Below are positions 36,729-46,980 of a DNA stretch of 64,000 bases, in pieces. A model generated the notes under the pieces. The model ran no database searches. It was not told the DNA's origin and saw only the letters and a program-made list of their open reading frames with translations. The stretch's first letter is position 1; each line of letters begins with the position of its first letter. This DNA is from Candidatus Poribacteria bacterium (GTDB lineage: Bacteria > Poribacteria > WGA-4E > GCA-2687025). The DNA lies in NCBI GenBank assembly GCA_963665845.2, contig OY762492.1, positions 1,312,001 to 1,376,000 of the forward strand, given 5' to 3'. A program made the position numbers and the translations under genes.

Positions 36729-38113
36729 CGGTTCAGCTCTATCTGCAGCGCATACGCATGCTCGCAGGGCGGTTTCGGCGGCGCCGTCGCCGACAGCGTT
36801 TCCCCCTCCCGCGTCCATTTTAAAGAGCCGTTCAAGCCGACCATTTGAACGTCTAGGACGCGCGCGCTGCGCGGAAGATGAGGAACCTGAAAGACGCCTT
36901 CGCTCGGCCAGCGCAGAAAATGCGCGTATAGAAACCTGTCTTTTTTAACAAACCGAACCGCGTTCTCTTCATCGCCGTACACGCGCCACGGGCGCGTCCC
37001 GTAAAGCGCTCCGCCGTTGACGCGCATCCACGCGCCAATTTCCGCCAGGATGCGCTCCGTCGCTTCATCCAGCGTTCCGTCCGCTTTCGGCGGCACATTC
37101 AGCAGCAGGTTGCCGTTCTTGCTGACGATGTCGATCAGCTCATGGATGATGTGGACCGTATCGCGGTATTTTACCCCCGCCGCATACCCCCATGGCCCGA
37201 TCGATGTGTCTGTTTGCCAGGGGCTGCGCAGAATGCGGTCGGCTCGGCTGCGTTCCATATCGCGCGTCGCGACGCCGTCCATCCAGACGCCGTGATGGTC
37301 ATGCTTTTTGACGCACATGACCGAGTCCAGTTTGCCATGCCGTTCGATGCTGCGGTTGTAATGGTACGCCATCACCTCGCGCCCCGCCGCTCCGCCGTCG
37401 TCCCCTTGAAACGGGATGGCGCCGTCCAGATACAGCAGGTCGATCTCATGCTGGTCAATCAGGTCTTTGATGCGGTCCGCCCATTCGCGCCGCCAACTGG
37501 GAGGAGCGTTTACGGGATGGCGCAGGTCGGTGTCGTCATGCTTTTCAAAGTAAAACTCTTCATAGGCAGGGTCGGCTCCGTCGTAGGGAACGCCCTTGAG
37601 CGGACCTTTTGTGTCGGCGTTTTTGTTGACGTTGAACCAGCTGTAGGCGCGTTCCAGATGCGTCGTCGCGCCGAACCGCATGTTCGTTTTGAGAGTCGCT
37701 TCGCGCCACATTTTCATGATGTCCATTTTGGGACCCATGTTGACCGAGTTCCAGCGGTGATGTTTGGAGTTCCACAGGTCGAAGTTGTCATGGTGAACGG
37801 CGCAGGGGGTGAAATACCGCGCGCCTGCCTCTTCAAAGAGGCGGACGAGGCGGTCGGGGTCGAACCGCTCCGCTTTCCAGAGCGGTATGAGGTCTTTGTA
37901 TCCGAATTTGGAGGGATGCCCGTAGGCTTCGAGATGCCGCTGGTAATTCGCATGCCCCTGGATATACATATTTCGGGCATGCCACTCACCGCGTTCAACG
38001 ACCGAATACACCCCCCAGTGCAGATAGATGCCGAATTTGGCGTCGCGGAACCATTTCGGCGCCCGGTAGCGTCGGAGCGATTCCCATGCGGGCTGGAACG
38101 GTTGGGGCTGCAT
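36725..38113 (-). CDS. Alpha-L-fucosidase (GH29)
   Basis: PKWFRDAKFGIYLHWG, HHDNFDLWNS, DIVSKNGNLLLNVPP; start MQPQ at 38113 after an AAGGAG RBS. Confidence 0.92.
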   Translation of the reverse strand: MQPQPFQPAWESLRRYRAPKWFRDAKFGIYLHWGVYSVVERGEWHARNMYIQGHANYQRHLEAYGHPSKFGYKDLIPLWKAERFDPDRLVRLFEEAGARYFTPCAVHHDNFDLWNSKHHRWNSVNMGPKMDIMKMWREATLKTNMRFGATTHLERAYSWFNVNKNADTKGPLKGVPYDGADPAYEEFYFEKHDDTDLRHPVNAPPSWRREWADRIKDLIDQHEIDLLYLDGAIPFQGDDGGAAGREVMAYHYNRSIERHGKLDSVMCVKKHDHHGVWMDGVATRDMERSRADRILRSPWQTDTSIGPWGYAAGVKYRDTVHIIHELIDIVSKNGNLLLNVPPKADGTLDEATERILAEIGAWMRVNGGALYGTRPWRVYGDEENAVRFVKKDRFLYAHFLRWPSEGVFQVPHLPRSARVLDVQMVGLNGSLKWTREGETLSATAPPKPPCEHAYALQIELNR

Positions 38114-38143
38114 GTTGAGGTCTCCTTGCGCGGTTTCTCGGTG

Positions 38144-38152
38144 AGTATACCA
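38144..38152 (-). promoter_or_regulatory. Extended -10 promoter for the fucosidase-uxaE operon
   Basis: TGgTATACT about 30 nt upstream of the start codon. Confidence 0.45.
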
Positions 38153-38196
38153 TACTTTTTGGGGCGGCGCATCTCGTTCCGTATGGCGGCAGTCTC

Positions 38197-38346
38197 TGGA
38201 AAAAAGCGTCGTTAACCAGACCGTTCCCCGCTTTCCCGAGGACATGCATTCCCGCCCTTGCGGTAAAACGTGCGGGAATCTAGAGGCGCCGCAGAAGACG
38301 TCCGCGTCCGCCCGCCGATATGTCCCAACTAAAGACGGAAGGTCAA
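38197..38346. repeat. Partial MITE-like element
   Basis: Ends TGTCCCAACTAAAGACGGAAGGTCA; dRS3-like core with an expanded loop. Confidence 0.7.
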
Positions 38347-38431
38347 AGCCCTTCCGTTTGACCTGCGCGGAAATCCCATGTAACATACTGCATGCTTTCT
38401 TGGCGACCCATGCAGTCTGGAGACGCGCATT

Positions 38432-39619
38432 ATGGCGAAGGGACGTATCGGCGTGATGACCGGCGGAGGCGACACCACCGCGCTCAACGCCACCCTGAAA
38501 GGCATCGCTCTCGAAGTTGAAAAAGCGGGATGCGAAACGATCGGCATTCAATGGGGATGGGCGGGCATGCTCAGCGGCGGAACCGCCGTTAAACTTCCCG
38601 CGTCCGCCATCGACGAAAACAGAGGCGGAACGATCATCCGAAGCTCCCGAACCAACCTGCGCAAAGTGAAAAACGGAATGGAGCAGGCGGTCCAGCGCAT
38701 CGCCGACCTGAAACTGGACGGGTTCGTCGCCATCGGCGGAGACGACACGCTCACCGTCGGAACCGCCCTCGGCGACGCCGCCCATGCAACGCCGGTCAAC
38801 TGCGTCACCAAAACGATCGACAACGATGTCGGCGCCAACGCCCCCGCCGACCAGCCGCTCAACCTTGAACGGATCAAAAATTACTACTGCCCAGGCTTCA
38901 TCGCCGCCGCTCAATGGCTCGGCGTACAGACCGCCGCCCTGCGCACCACCGCCTACTCTCATGGGCGCGTCATGGTTCTGGAAACGATGGGCAGAACGGC
39001 GGGCTGGCTCGCGCTCTCGACCGCCTACGGCCATCCGGACGCCATCGTCCTGCCTGAAGTGAAAACAGACATCAGCAAGCTGACGGAGATCGCCGCCGAG
39101 GCATATGAACGGCAGAAGAGCGCCATCATCGTCATCGCCGAGGGCGCCGAGTTTGAAGGCGCCGAGCGGAGCGGCGGCGGCGAGGTGGACGCCTTCGGAC
39201 ATAAAAAACTGGAAGGCAGCACCGCATGGGCGGCGGAGCGGATCAAGGAAAGCATGGAGGGCGTCGTCGTCAACCATGTCATCCCCGCCTATCTGCAGCG
39301 GTGCGGCGCGCCCCACCCGCTCGACAGGGACATGGCGGTCCAGCTCGGACGCGAAGCCGCCAAAGCGGCGCTGGACGGACGGCGCGGCGTCGTCGCCTGC
39401 CCGATGCGTTCCGGCGGCGGGCTTCAAACGCAAACGCTTCAGATCGACGAAGTGTTGATACGCGACAGCGGCGGCACGATCGTTCCGCGCGTCGTGGACG
39501 AACGGCTTTACGACGCCGAACGGCTGCGCATCAACGACGCGGGATGGGAGTATTTCCGCCCGCTTCTGGGCGCGCCTGACGCGCCGTACGAAAGCGCCGT
39601 TTTAGAACCCGTCTCATGA
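38432..39619 (+). CDS. pfkA: 6-phosphofructokinase family protein
   Basis: MTGGGD...LNA, GGTII.SSR, IGGDDT, KTIDND, ETMGR.AGWLA. Confidence 0.88.
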   Translation: MAKGRIGVMTGGGDTTALNATLKGIALEVEKAGCETIGIQWGWAGMLSGGTAVKLPASAIDENRGGTIIRSSRTNLRKVKNGMEQAVQRIADLKLDGFVAIGGDDTLTVGTALGDAAHATPVNCVTKTIDNDVGANAPADQPLNLERIKNYYCPGFIAAAQWLGVQTAALRTTAYSHGRVMVLETMGRTAGWLALSTAYGHPDAIVLPEVKTDISKLTEIAAEAYERQKSAIIVIAEGAEFEGAERSGGGEVDAFGHKKLEGSTAWAAERIKESMEGVVVNHVIPAYLQRCGAPHPLDRDMAVQLGREAAKAALDGRRGVVACPMRSGGGLQTQTLQIDEVLIRDSGGTIVPRVVDERLYDAERLRINDAGWEYFRPLLGAPDAPYESAVLEPVS

Positions 39620-39657
39620 CGTCTTATTACGGCAAATGAAGACGGACGGCGAACGCT

Positions 39658-41859
39658 ATGGAAACCTTTGAAGCGACCATCGAAGACATCACGTACCATA
39701 ACCCTGAAAACGGGTATTTCGTCGGGCGGATGTCGGCGAAGGGTCAGGCGAGGTTCACCGCCGTTGGAACGCTTTTGAATGCGCAGCAGGGCGCTCGCCT
39801 CACCATTGAGGGCGGCTGGACGGAGCATCCGACCTACGGACGTCAGTTCAAGTTTGAAACGGCGCGTCTGGTTGAACAGACGCCGCTGGACGCCTTGCGC
39901 TCCTATCTCGCTTCAGGGGCGATCCCCGGCGTAGGGCCGGCCATCGCCGACGCGATCCTGACCCGTTTTGGCGATCAGACGCAGGAGATACTCTCCAACC
40001 ATCCGAAGCGGCTTACAGAAGTTCCCGGCGTCGCCGCCGCTTCAGCCGAAAAGATCGCCGCCGCTTGGAAAGAGAATCAGAACATGCTTGCCGCGGCGCT
40101 GCTGATGCATACGATCGGGTTGAGCGAGCGGGTCATGGCAGCCGTATATAAAAGGTACGGCGACGAAGCGGAGGCGATTATCCGCGACAACCCGTATCGG
40201 CTTGTGGAGGACAACCTGGGCGTCTCTTTCGCCGCCGCGGATTCGATCGCTCAACGGCTCGGCTTTGAACGCGAGTCGCCGCAGCGGATCGCCGCGGGAG
40301 TGGAACATGCGCTGACCGACATCGCGCGGGACGGGCATGTGTACGCGGATCGGGAAGAGACGCAACGGCGCGCCTCCAAACTTCTCGGCGCCGCGCTGGA
40401 GAGCATGGACGAACCGTTGAAACAGCTTGAGCAGCGAAAGCGGGTCGTCGTAGAGGAAGCGAAGGAGGGAGAAGAAGCGGACGGGCGAATCTATCTGCGT
40501 TTTTTATACGACGCCGAGGCGCGCGTCGCGCGTCAAATGCGCGCGCTGACGAAGGCGTCCAAAGCGCCTGAACGGAAAAAGGCGGTACAAAGAGCGCTCG
40601 CCAAAATCGAAAAACAGCTCGGCATTCAATTCTCGGAAAAGCAGCGGGAAGCCGTCCATGCCGCCGCCGTTCACCCGATACTCATTTTAACAGGCGGACC
40701 CGGAACTGGGAAAACAACCGTCGTCCGCGCCGTCTTGAGCCTGTATCAAGCGCTCAAAATGGAGGTTGAGATGTGCGCGCCGACGGGGCGCGCCGCCAAA
40801 CGACTCTCCGAAGTAACGGGCGCGCCAGCCAGCACCATTCACCGCCTGCTGCGCTACTCCCCCTCCGACGGCGGCTTTTACCACCACGCCGACAATCCGC
40901 TCAAACTGGACGCGCTCATTGTGGACGAAACCTCCATGATCGACATTCTGCTCATGAAAGACCTGCTGGACGCCGTACCCGCCGGCGCCAAGCTTGTTTT
41001 TGTGGGCGATGTGGACCAGCTGCCTTCCGTCGGGCCGGGGAATGTGCTAAAGGACGTCATACGATCCGAAGCGGCGCATGTGGTGGAGCTGGACCAGATC
41101 TTCCGCCAGGCGCAAGGGAGCCTCATCGTGACGAACGCGCACCGCGTCAACCGAGGCGAAGAGCCTGAATTCGGCGGCGAGGAGAGCCGCGACTGCTTCT
41201 TTGTACAGGCGGACGACCTGGACGAGGCGGAAGATCTCCTTGTTGAATTTTGCCAGACGCGCCTGCCTGACAAATTCGGCTTCGACCCCGCCGTTGACAT
41301 CCAAGCCATCGCGCCGATGCGCAGAGGGAAGCTCAGTACCGAAACGCTGAACGAAAAGCTGCAAAAGGCGCTGAACGGGGACGGCGCGCGGGTCTCCATC
41401 GGCGGCGGGCGGTTCCATATCGGCGACAAGGTGATGCAGATACGCAACAACTACGATAAAGAGGTGTTCAACGGCGACATCGGCTTCATCAACCGATACA
41501 ACCGCGGCAAGCGGACGCTGTCGGTGCGTTACCCCGAACGGCTTGTGGAATACCGCGCCTCCGAGCTGCAGGAGTTGACGCATGCGTACGCCGTCACGGT
41601 TCACAAGTCGCAGGGGTGCCAGTTTCCGGCGGTCGCGCTGGCGCTCCATACGCGCCACTATGTGCTGCTTCAGCGCAACCTGCTTTACACGGCGATCACG
41701 CGGGCGCAGCGTCTGCTGCTGATGGTCGGGTCGGCAAAGGCGCTGCGCATCGCCGTGGAGCGCGCCGAGGTGACGCGGCGCAACACGCGCCTCGCTGAAC
41801 GCATCCAGGAGACGCCCGTCTTCGGCAAGGGGGGCGCGGCGTTCAAGATCAAGCCGTAG
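39658..41859 (+). CDS. recD2: ATP-dependent RecD-like DNA helicase
   Basis: HhH region, LTGGPGTGKT, APTGRAAKR, VDE.SM, GDVDQLPSVGPG, AYAVTVHKSQG. Confidence 0.95.
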   Translation: METFEATIEDITYHNPENGYFVGRMSAKGQARFTAVGTLLNAQQGARLTIEGGWTEHPTYGRQFKFETARLVEQTPLDALRSYLASGAIPGVGPAIADAILTRFGDQTQEILSNHPKRLTEVPGVAAASAEKIAAAWKENQNMLAAALLMHTIGLSERVMAAVYKRYGDEAEAIIRDNPYRLVEDNLGVSFAAADSIAQRLGFERESPQRIAAGVEHALTDIARDGHVYADREETQRRASKLLGAALESMDEPLKQLEQRKRVVVEEAKEGEEADGRIYLRFLYDAEARVARQMRALTKASKAPERKKAVQRALAKIEKQLGIQFSEKQREAVHAAAVHPILILTGGPGTGKTTVVRAVLSLYQALKMEVEMCAPTGRAAKRLSEVTGAPASTIHRLLRYSPSDGGFYHHADNPLKLDALIVDETSMIDILLMKDLLDAVPAGAKLVFVGDVDQLPSVGPGNVLKDVIRSEAAHVVELDQIFRQAQGSLIVTNAHRVNRGEEPEFGGEESRDCFFVQADDLDEAEDLLVEFCQTRLPDKFGFDPAVDIQAIAPMRRGKLSTETLNEKLQKALNGDGARVSIGGGRFHIGDKVMQIRNNYDKEVFNGDIGFINRYNRGKRTLSVRYPERLVEYRASELQELTHAYAVTVHKSQGCQFPAVALALHTRHYVLLQRNLLYTAITRAQRLLLMVGSAKALRIAVERAEVTRRNTRLAERIQETPVFGKGGAAFKIKP

Positions 41860-42040
41860 CCGCTTCGCCAAGCGGCATATCCCAAGAATGCGGCAAGGGC
41901 GTACCTGAACGTTGCGCTCCCGCGTCCGATTCCCCCCTTGAAAAGGGGGCTAGGGGGGTTTAAAGGACGGGCGCGGCGGCTGCGAAGCCTAAGATTCCCG
42001 TCCTTGCGGTAAGGTCAACCCGAAACATTGCGTCCCCGCG
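41860..42040. repeat. Composite repeat; left copy of a direct repeat also found at 43082-43159
   Basis: CGCCAAGCGG.ATATCCC...AATGCGGCAAGG...TTGCG..CCCGCGTCCGATTCCCC shared with 43082-43159; CCCCTTGAAAAGGGGG hairpin. Confidence 0.7.
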
Positions 42041-42096
42041 CGAAATCTGTTATACATAAGCAAGGTTCGCCATTCATGCTGCAAGGAGGATTCGCC

Positions 42097-43041
42097 ATGA
42101 CCCGAAAGCATTGGCTCGCCGCGTCAGCGGTCATCGTTCTGATTGCGGTTGCGCTTGCCGCGCTCTTTTGGGGTAAAAGCGATTCAAGCGTCTCTGAATC
42201 GCCGGACGGGCAGACAGCGCAGGAAGGCGCCTTGACGCCTGAAATGCAAACGCCCGTGTATGTTCCGCCGACGGAAACGCTTGAGGAAACGAAAGACGCA
42301 AAAGTGGACGCTGTCAAAACACAGACCGCGGTACTTCTCCCATCGAAGTACCAGTTCCAGTCGGCTGAGGATGCCCTGAACTACTACGCAAAGATGGTCG
42401 GGGACGAGGCGGAACGGATGAAAAACGACCCGTCAATCACGCCGCCGGAGCCTCACTATAAGGAAGACGGGACCATGATGTATGACGACAAGCATGTGTC
42501 ATGGGAGGATTCATGGTACGGCGGCGTCGCGACATCGACCGTCTTCCATAAAATCTTCCTGAACGATGAAAATCCTGAACTGGAAAAGGCGCTTATTCCG
42601 TTCCTCAACGACTGGGAGCCGCATGACTGGAGTCCGCCGCATCTGATGGTTCGGGCGGGCAAGTGGCCGGCGGCTGCGCTGCGCGACGATGTCATGCTGC
42701 CGAACGGTCAGATAATTGATTTGAATTCGATGCTTGACAAGCGCGTTGTCATCAAATACCGCATCAAGTCGGAGCTGAGCGGCGAAGGGCGGCGATTCCT
42801 CCTGAAATTTGAAAAGCGGGAGGAGGAGATACAGACGCTTCTCGCTTCAGGCAGCGTCTCTGCGACCGAATCAGCCGCTTTACAGAACGAGCTGACCGAC
42901 ATTCAGACGGAGATTGCAGAAGCCCTCGAACCTTATGAGCATGTCAGAACCTATGCAAAATTCAACGGAGACGACGAATTCGCATTGGAGGAGGTCGTCT
43001 TTGATCTGGGCGTCATTGACGAGGATTTGAGCGCAAAATAG
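42097..43041 (+). CDS. Hypothetical exported/anchored protein
   Basis: AAGGAGG RBS, N-terminal TM MTRKHWLAASAVIVLIAVALAALFW, acidic body. Confidence 0.75.
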   Translation: MTRKHWLAASAVIVLIAVALAALFWGKSDSSVSESPDGQTAQEGALTPEMQTPVYVPPTETLEETKDAKVDAVKTQTAVLLPSKYQFQSAEDALNYYAKMVGDEAERMKNDPSITPPEPHYKEDGTMMYDDKHVSWEDSWYGGVATSTVFHKIFLNDENPELEKALIPFLNDWEPHDWSPPHLMVRAGKWPAAALRDDVMLPNGQIIDLNSMLDKRVVIKYRIKSELSGEGRRFLLKFEKREEEIQTLLASGSVSATESAALQNELTDIQTEIAEALEPYEHVRTYAKFNGDDEFALEEVVFDLGVIDEDLSAK

Positions 43042-43157
43042 CCTTGGCGCAAACGAGAATCCAGAAGCCCGCAAAAGCCGACCGCCTCCGCCAAGCGGAA
43101 TATCCCGACCAATGCGGCAAGGTCAAACCTAAACATTGCGCCCCGCGTCCGATTCCC

Positions 43158-43346
43158 CTGACCTCACGTCTTAAGTTGGGACATGTCGGCATGCGAACGC
43201 GGACGTCTTCTGAGGCGCCTCTAGATTCCCGCTTACGCGGGAATGCATGCCCTCGCGGAAGCGGGGACGGTTTGGTTGGCGAAGCCTTTTTCCCATGAAT
43301 AAAGGCTTTGTTCGTTCAAGTGTCCCAACTTTCTGCATGAGGTCAG
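43158..43346. mobile_element. Complete MITE-like element with 26-bp imperfect terminal inverted repeats
   Basis: Left end CTGACCTCACGTCTTAAGTTGGGACA; right end (reverse complement) CTGACCTCATGCAGAAAGTTGGGACA; dRS3-like core at 43225-43244; no transposase. Confidence 0.7.
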
Positions 43347-43364
43347 TGAACTAGGATTATCGGA

Positions 43365-44093
43365 TCAAAAATCGCGCGAAACGCCGGACGGGTTCAACTC
43401 GATCACCGCTTCTCGAATCAATACGCGCGGGGGCATTTTCAATAGAAACGCGATCGTTTCGGCGATGTCCTCCGGAGTGAGAATGTCCGCCGGGTCTTCT
43501 TCAGGGTTGTTTCCGGCGCGCATGACGGTCGCCACCGGCCCTGGACAGACGGCGCACGCCAGTATGTTTTGCTGGGCGCCCGCCCGCGACAGCGACTCGC
43601 TCAAACCGCACAGGGCAAACTTGGAAGCGGCGTAGGCGGGGTTGCCGGCGGCGGCCCGTTTTCCCGCCACAGAGGAGATGTTGATGATGCGCCCCCCTCC
43701 GTTTTCCGCCATCTGATTCCACAGCGCCTTCGTCAGAAGATACGGCGCGCGCACATTGACCGCCATCGTCAAATCCCACACTTCCTGCGGCAGCTTATGG
43801 ATCGGATGATGAATGGCGACGCCCGCGTTGTTGACAAGTATATCGACCCGTCCGTATGTTTTGAGCGCCGTTTGGACGAGCGCGTCCAGGTCGGCGGGGT
43901 TCGCGGCGTCCGTTTTGAGATAGGCCGCGTCGGCGCCTTTTTGCGCCGCCTCTCCGCAGACGTTCTGCAGCTGCTCTTCAGTCCGAGCGGCGAGCATGAG
44001 GCGGACGCCTTCGTCGGCGAGGCGCAGCGCGACCGCTCGTCCGATGCCTCTCCCTGCTCCCGTGATGAGCGCCGTTTTGCCTTTTAGATTCAT
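43365..44093 (-). CDS. Short-chain dehydrogenase/reductase
   Basis: TGAGRGIG, VNNAG, YAASK; start MNLKGK after AAGGAG. Confidence 0.93.
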   Translation of the reverse strand: MNLKGKTALITGAGRGIGRAVALRLADEGVRLMLAARTEEQLQNVCGEAAQKGADAAYLKTDAANPADLDALVQTALKTYGRVDILVNNAGVAIHHPIHKLPQEVWDLTMAVNVRAPYLLTKALWNQMAENGGGRIINISSVAGKRAAAGNPAYAASKFALCGLSESLSRAGAQQNILACAVCPGPVATVMRAGNNPEEDPADILTPEDIAETIAFLLKMPPRVLIREAVIELNPSGVSRDF

Positions 44094-44151
44094 GCGCGTC
44101 TCCTTTGGCGTTACATTATACATGAGCGTATGCTGGACGCAAGCGGCGTTA

Positions 44152-44221
44152 CTGACTTTAAGGCTTTAGTCTGTTGGACTCTAGATTTCCGCTTACGCGG
44201 GAATGACGATAATGAGGTCAG
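44152..44221. repeat. Mini MITE-like copy
   Basis: CTGACT...TGAGGTCAG ends enclosing ATTTCC-GCTTACGC-GGGAAT. Confidence 0.6.
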
Positions 44222-44224
44222 GCG

Positions 44225-45106
44225 TTAGCGGCGTCTGGAGTAGGCTCTCGAACGGCGCCGCCGGCGAGAAGGAGCGCCGCCGCTGACTTGAACGGGCAGC
44301 CGTACCATCAGGTCGGCCATGGCGGCGAGGTCCAGCGCGTTATGTTTTACGGCGGCTGCCATTTCATGCGTCTCGCCCGTTTGCACATAGTTTTGATACG
44401 CGGCGGGTATGAGGCTGCCGGGTATGTCGCCCCGCCGCTTGCGCCCGCAGACCCGCTCCTCTAAGGTGACCAGCTTGCAGTTCGGCAGGAAGTCCCCCCA
44501 GACGCGCCGGCACACATGAAGTATGTCCAGGTTCGGAACGGGCGGCGGCGCGGGCAGCCCATGACGTTCGCATCGTTTGCGGATGAACGGGACGTCAAAG
44601 CTGGCGCCGTTAAAAGTAACCAGCCCTGAAACGGAGCGCAGCGCCTCAACATAAAGCGACAGAATGGCGCGCTCCTCGCCGTAATGCCGCGCAAAGTACT
44701 GGCGTATGGAGAATTTGCCGTCTCTCCAAACCATCGCGCCGATTAAAAAAAGAGGGCGGTTCGACAAGCCGGTCGTTTCGATGTCCATGAACATGACATT
44801 CAACGCGTCTTCGGGGCGGACGCCTTTCTGTTGAAGGGCGGCGCGCGCCGCGTCGCTGGTTTCATAGCCGCGCGCGAGAGTCGTAAGCGAGGCGTCCAGC
44901 TCCGCCGCATCCGATTCGATCAGATACGCCGTCTCCCCCTCTTCAGATTCCGCGACAATGCCGGGCGGCAGATTGTAGTTGTCCGGCTCGGCGGCGCGCT
45001 GGCGTTCTTGCGGGGCGTTCGGGCTGCGCCTGCGTTTCGGCGCGTCTTGAAGCGGGCGCCGATTCAGCATTTCCATGCGTTTCCACAGGTCGCTTTTCTT
45101 CATCAT
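44225..45106 (-). CDS. YprB-like RNase H superfamily protein
   Basis: FMDIETTGL, VTFNGASFDVPF, L..LE..VCG..R.GDIPG..IP, HNALDL. Confidence 0.85.
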   Translation of the reverse strand: MMKKSDLWKRMEMLNRRPLQDAPKRRRSPNAPQERQRAAEPDNYNLPPGIVAESEEGETAYLIESDAAELDASLTTLARGYETSDAARAALQQKGVRPEDALNVMFMDIETTGLSNRPLFLIGAMVWRDGKFSIRQYFARHYGEERAILSLYVEALRSVSGLVTFNGASFDVPFIRKRCERHGLPAPPPVPNLDILHVCRRVWGDFLPNCKLVTLEERVCGRKRRGDIPGSLIPAAYQNYVQTGETHEMAAAVKHNALDLAAMADLMVRLPVQVSGGAPSRRRRRSRAYSRRR

Positions 45107-46905
45107 TGCCAGGGGCGGTTGTAGCTCGGGTCATGGACATAACGCTTCAAGCCGACGCGAACGCGCTGGCGCGACATCGGCGCCATTTTTAACCGAAAAC
45201 AGGGTCCGTCCACCTGCGTTTGCGCGCCGTTTGTTTCCGCAGTTGTGAAGGCATGCTCTCCGAAGGCTCCCGCTTGGACGATCATTTCCCGCTCCTCCAT
45301 CGCGTTTATGTTGACGAATTCAATCTCCGCCTCGTTGCGGGAAGCGCGCAGAACCGCCGCCGCCGCATCCGGCGGAAGACCAGGACGCCGCCGCTCCGCG
45401 TCAAAATACCGTACCGTCGCATGGAGCAGCCCGCCATGGTAGACCGCGCCGACCGATCCGAGGCTCAACTGCGCGATCGGTTCGCAGACGACAGGGTTGA
45501 TGTCCTGCCAATGATGGACGTCCCATTCGTTCGGGTCGCCGTCGTCGTTGCGCATGACGTCAAGTCGGCGCGCGATCTCTCGGCATGCGGCGTCCATCAT
45601 GAGTTCGGGCGCGTCGTCGTTCTGTCCCTGCGACAGCGCCAGCCACGGACCCGGCTGCGCCTGCGCACCCTTGCCGAAGCCTGTTCTACGGGCGTACGAT
45701 TCGGGCTGCGCCGCGGCCGCGTCCAAGCGCGCCTTGTCCTGATCGCTGTGCGTCAACGCAAAGCAATGCATCGGATAACGCGCGTCGGGGTTGATGTAGT
45801 TGAACCATCCGACCTGTCCATGCCGGTTGGGCGTCTTGAAGGCGCCGTCCTCCTCCCGTCCAAGCTCCCACAGCATATCCCACTGCGAGCGGTGCAGGTC
45901 TAGATAACTCTCGTCGCCGGTCAGCAGCAGCGCGTTCGCCCCCGCGATGAGCGTCGATTCTAAAATGATCCTCGCGCCGTGCGGCCACCGCCAGCCGTAA
46001 TATCCGCCCCACCAGTTTCCGCTCATGCGTTCGCCGATGACGCCGTTCGGTCCGATGTTGTCGGGCATGATTCCGCCGTTGGCGCGCGTCCGTTCGGTCC
46101 ACGCTTCGATGTAGTCCAGAACCCACCGCTTATACTTCGGATCGCCCGTGTAAAGATAGGCGCTCGCGACGAGGCTTGTGGCGTTCAGGTTGAGCGGAAT
46201 GTCGCCGGGAACCATGCGTTCGTTCATTCGGCTGAGTATCTGCTCAAAGACGGCGTCGTCGTTCCAGTCCGCTTTGGCGTACGGGTCGTCGGGGTCTAGC
46301 CCTGGGACATCTTCATAGGGCGAGAGGTAGTTGGCGAGAACCCATCGGTGCGTTGACCAGTCTTCGGCGGTCATATGGAACTGCGGCCCCTTGCTTCCGT
46401 TGATGGGCGAACGTATCATACGCCGTTCGGGGTCCCAGTTTTGCGCTTCGTCGTCTTCGCCGATGTACATATTGGCGAAGCGGAGGGCGCGCCGCCGGTC
46501 AATATGGACATTCGGATCGGCAAGCCCAAACCCGTAGATATACTGGGAACTTTCGCCATGATGCATCCAGTCGTAATAGGCGTCGAATTCGCGGTGGACC
46601 TGCCCGTATTCGGTGAATTGCCACGTGATAGCGCTCCATAGCCGCCTCGAAAGCCGATGCGCATTTTCGGAGCCGCCGAGGGCGTAGAAGAGCGGAAATG
46701 ACCAAAAACTTTCATAAGCGTCGTCGGAGCCGTCCATGCCCGGCCACTCCTCGCGCCAGACAAGCGTTCCGTCGGGGCGGGTATACCTTTTAACAAACGC
46801 TTCGGCGGCGTCGTTCATTTGGCTGATGAGTTCTCTTTGGAGAAGCGCCCAGCGCGGCGGCGGTTCTCTATGCGTTGTTTGGACGAGAGGCGGCGTGTTC
46901 GACAT
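45103..46905 (-). CDS. Conserved hypothetical Trp/Tyr-rich protein (possible alpha/alpha-barrel enzyme)
   Basis: 600 aa ORF with normal codon style; GMDGSDDAYE and YDWMHHGE motifs; function not recognised. Confidence 0.75.
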   Translation of the reverse strand: MSNTPPLVQTTHREPPPRWALLQRELISQMNDAAEAFVKRYTRPDGTLVWREEWPGMDGSDDAYESFWSFPLFYALGGSENAHRLSRRLWSAITWQFTEYGQVHREFDAYYDWMHHGESSQYIYGFGLADPNVHIDRRRALRFANMYIGEDDEAQNWDPERRMIRSPINGSKGPQFHMTAEDWSTHRWVLANYLSPYEDVPGLDPDDPYAKADWNDDAVFEQILSRMNERMVPGDIPLNLNATSLVASAYLYTGDPKYKRWVLDYIEAWTERTRANGGIMPDNIGPNGVIGERMSGNWWGGYYGWRWPHGARIILESTLIAGANALLLTGDESYLDLHRSQWDMLWELGREEDGAFKTPNRHGQVGWFNYINPDARYPMHCFALTHSDQDKARLDAAAAQPESYARRTGFGKGAQAQPGPWLALSQGQNDDAPELMMDAACREIARRLDVMRNDDGDPNEWDVHHWQDINPVVCEPIAQLSLGSVGAVYHGGLLHATVRYFDAERRRPGLPPDAAAAVLRASRNEAEIEFVNINAMEEREMIVQAGAFGEHAFTTAETNGAQTQVDGPCFRLKMAPMSRQRVRVGLKRYVHDPSYNRPWQ

Positions 46906-46980
46906 GGCGGTTCAGCTCCGTTCTGAAGCGGCTTTACCGCCACCATACCCGACGCGCCGCTTTAAATCAACCGTCAGAAA

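Noticed and set aside
36725-39433. 902-aa ORF as a single giant fucosidase fusion
   Set aside because: Its N-terminal half is the antisense shadow of pfkA plus a repeat element; the real start is at 38113 with a good RBS and promoter.
39658-41859. recD2 as part of a defence or mobile element
   Set aside because: Typical housekeeping RecD2 directly downstream of pfkA with host-like composition.
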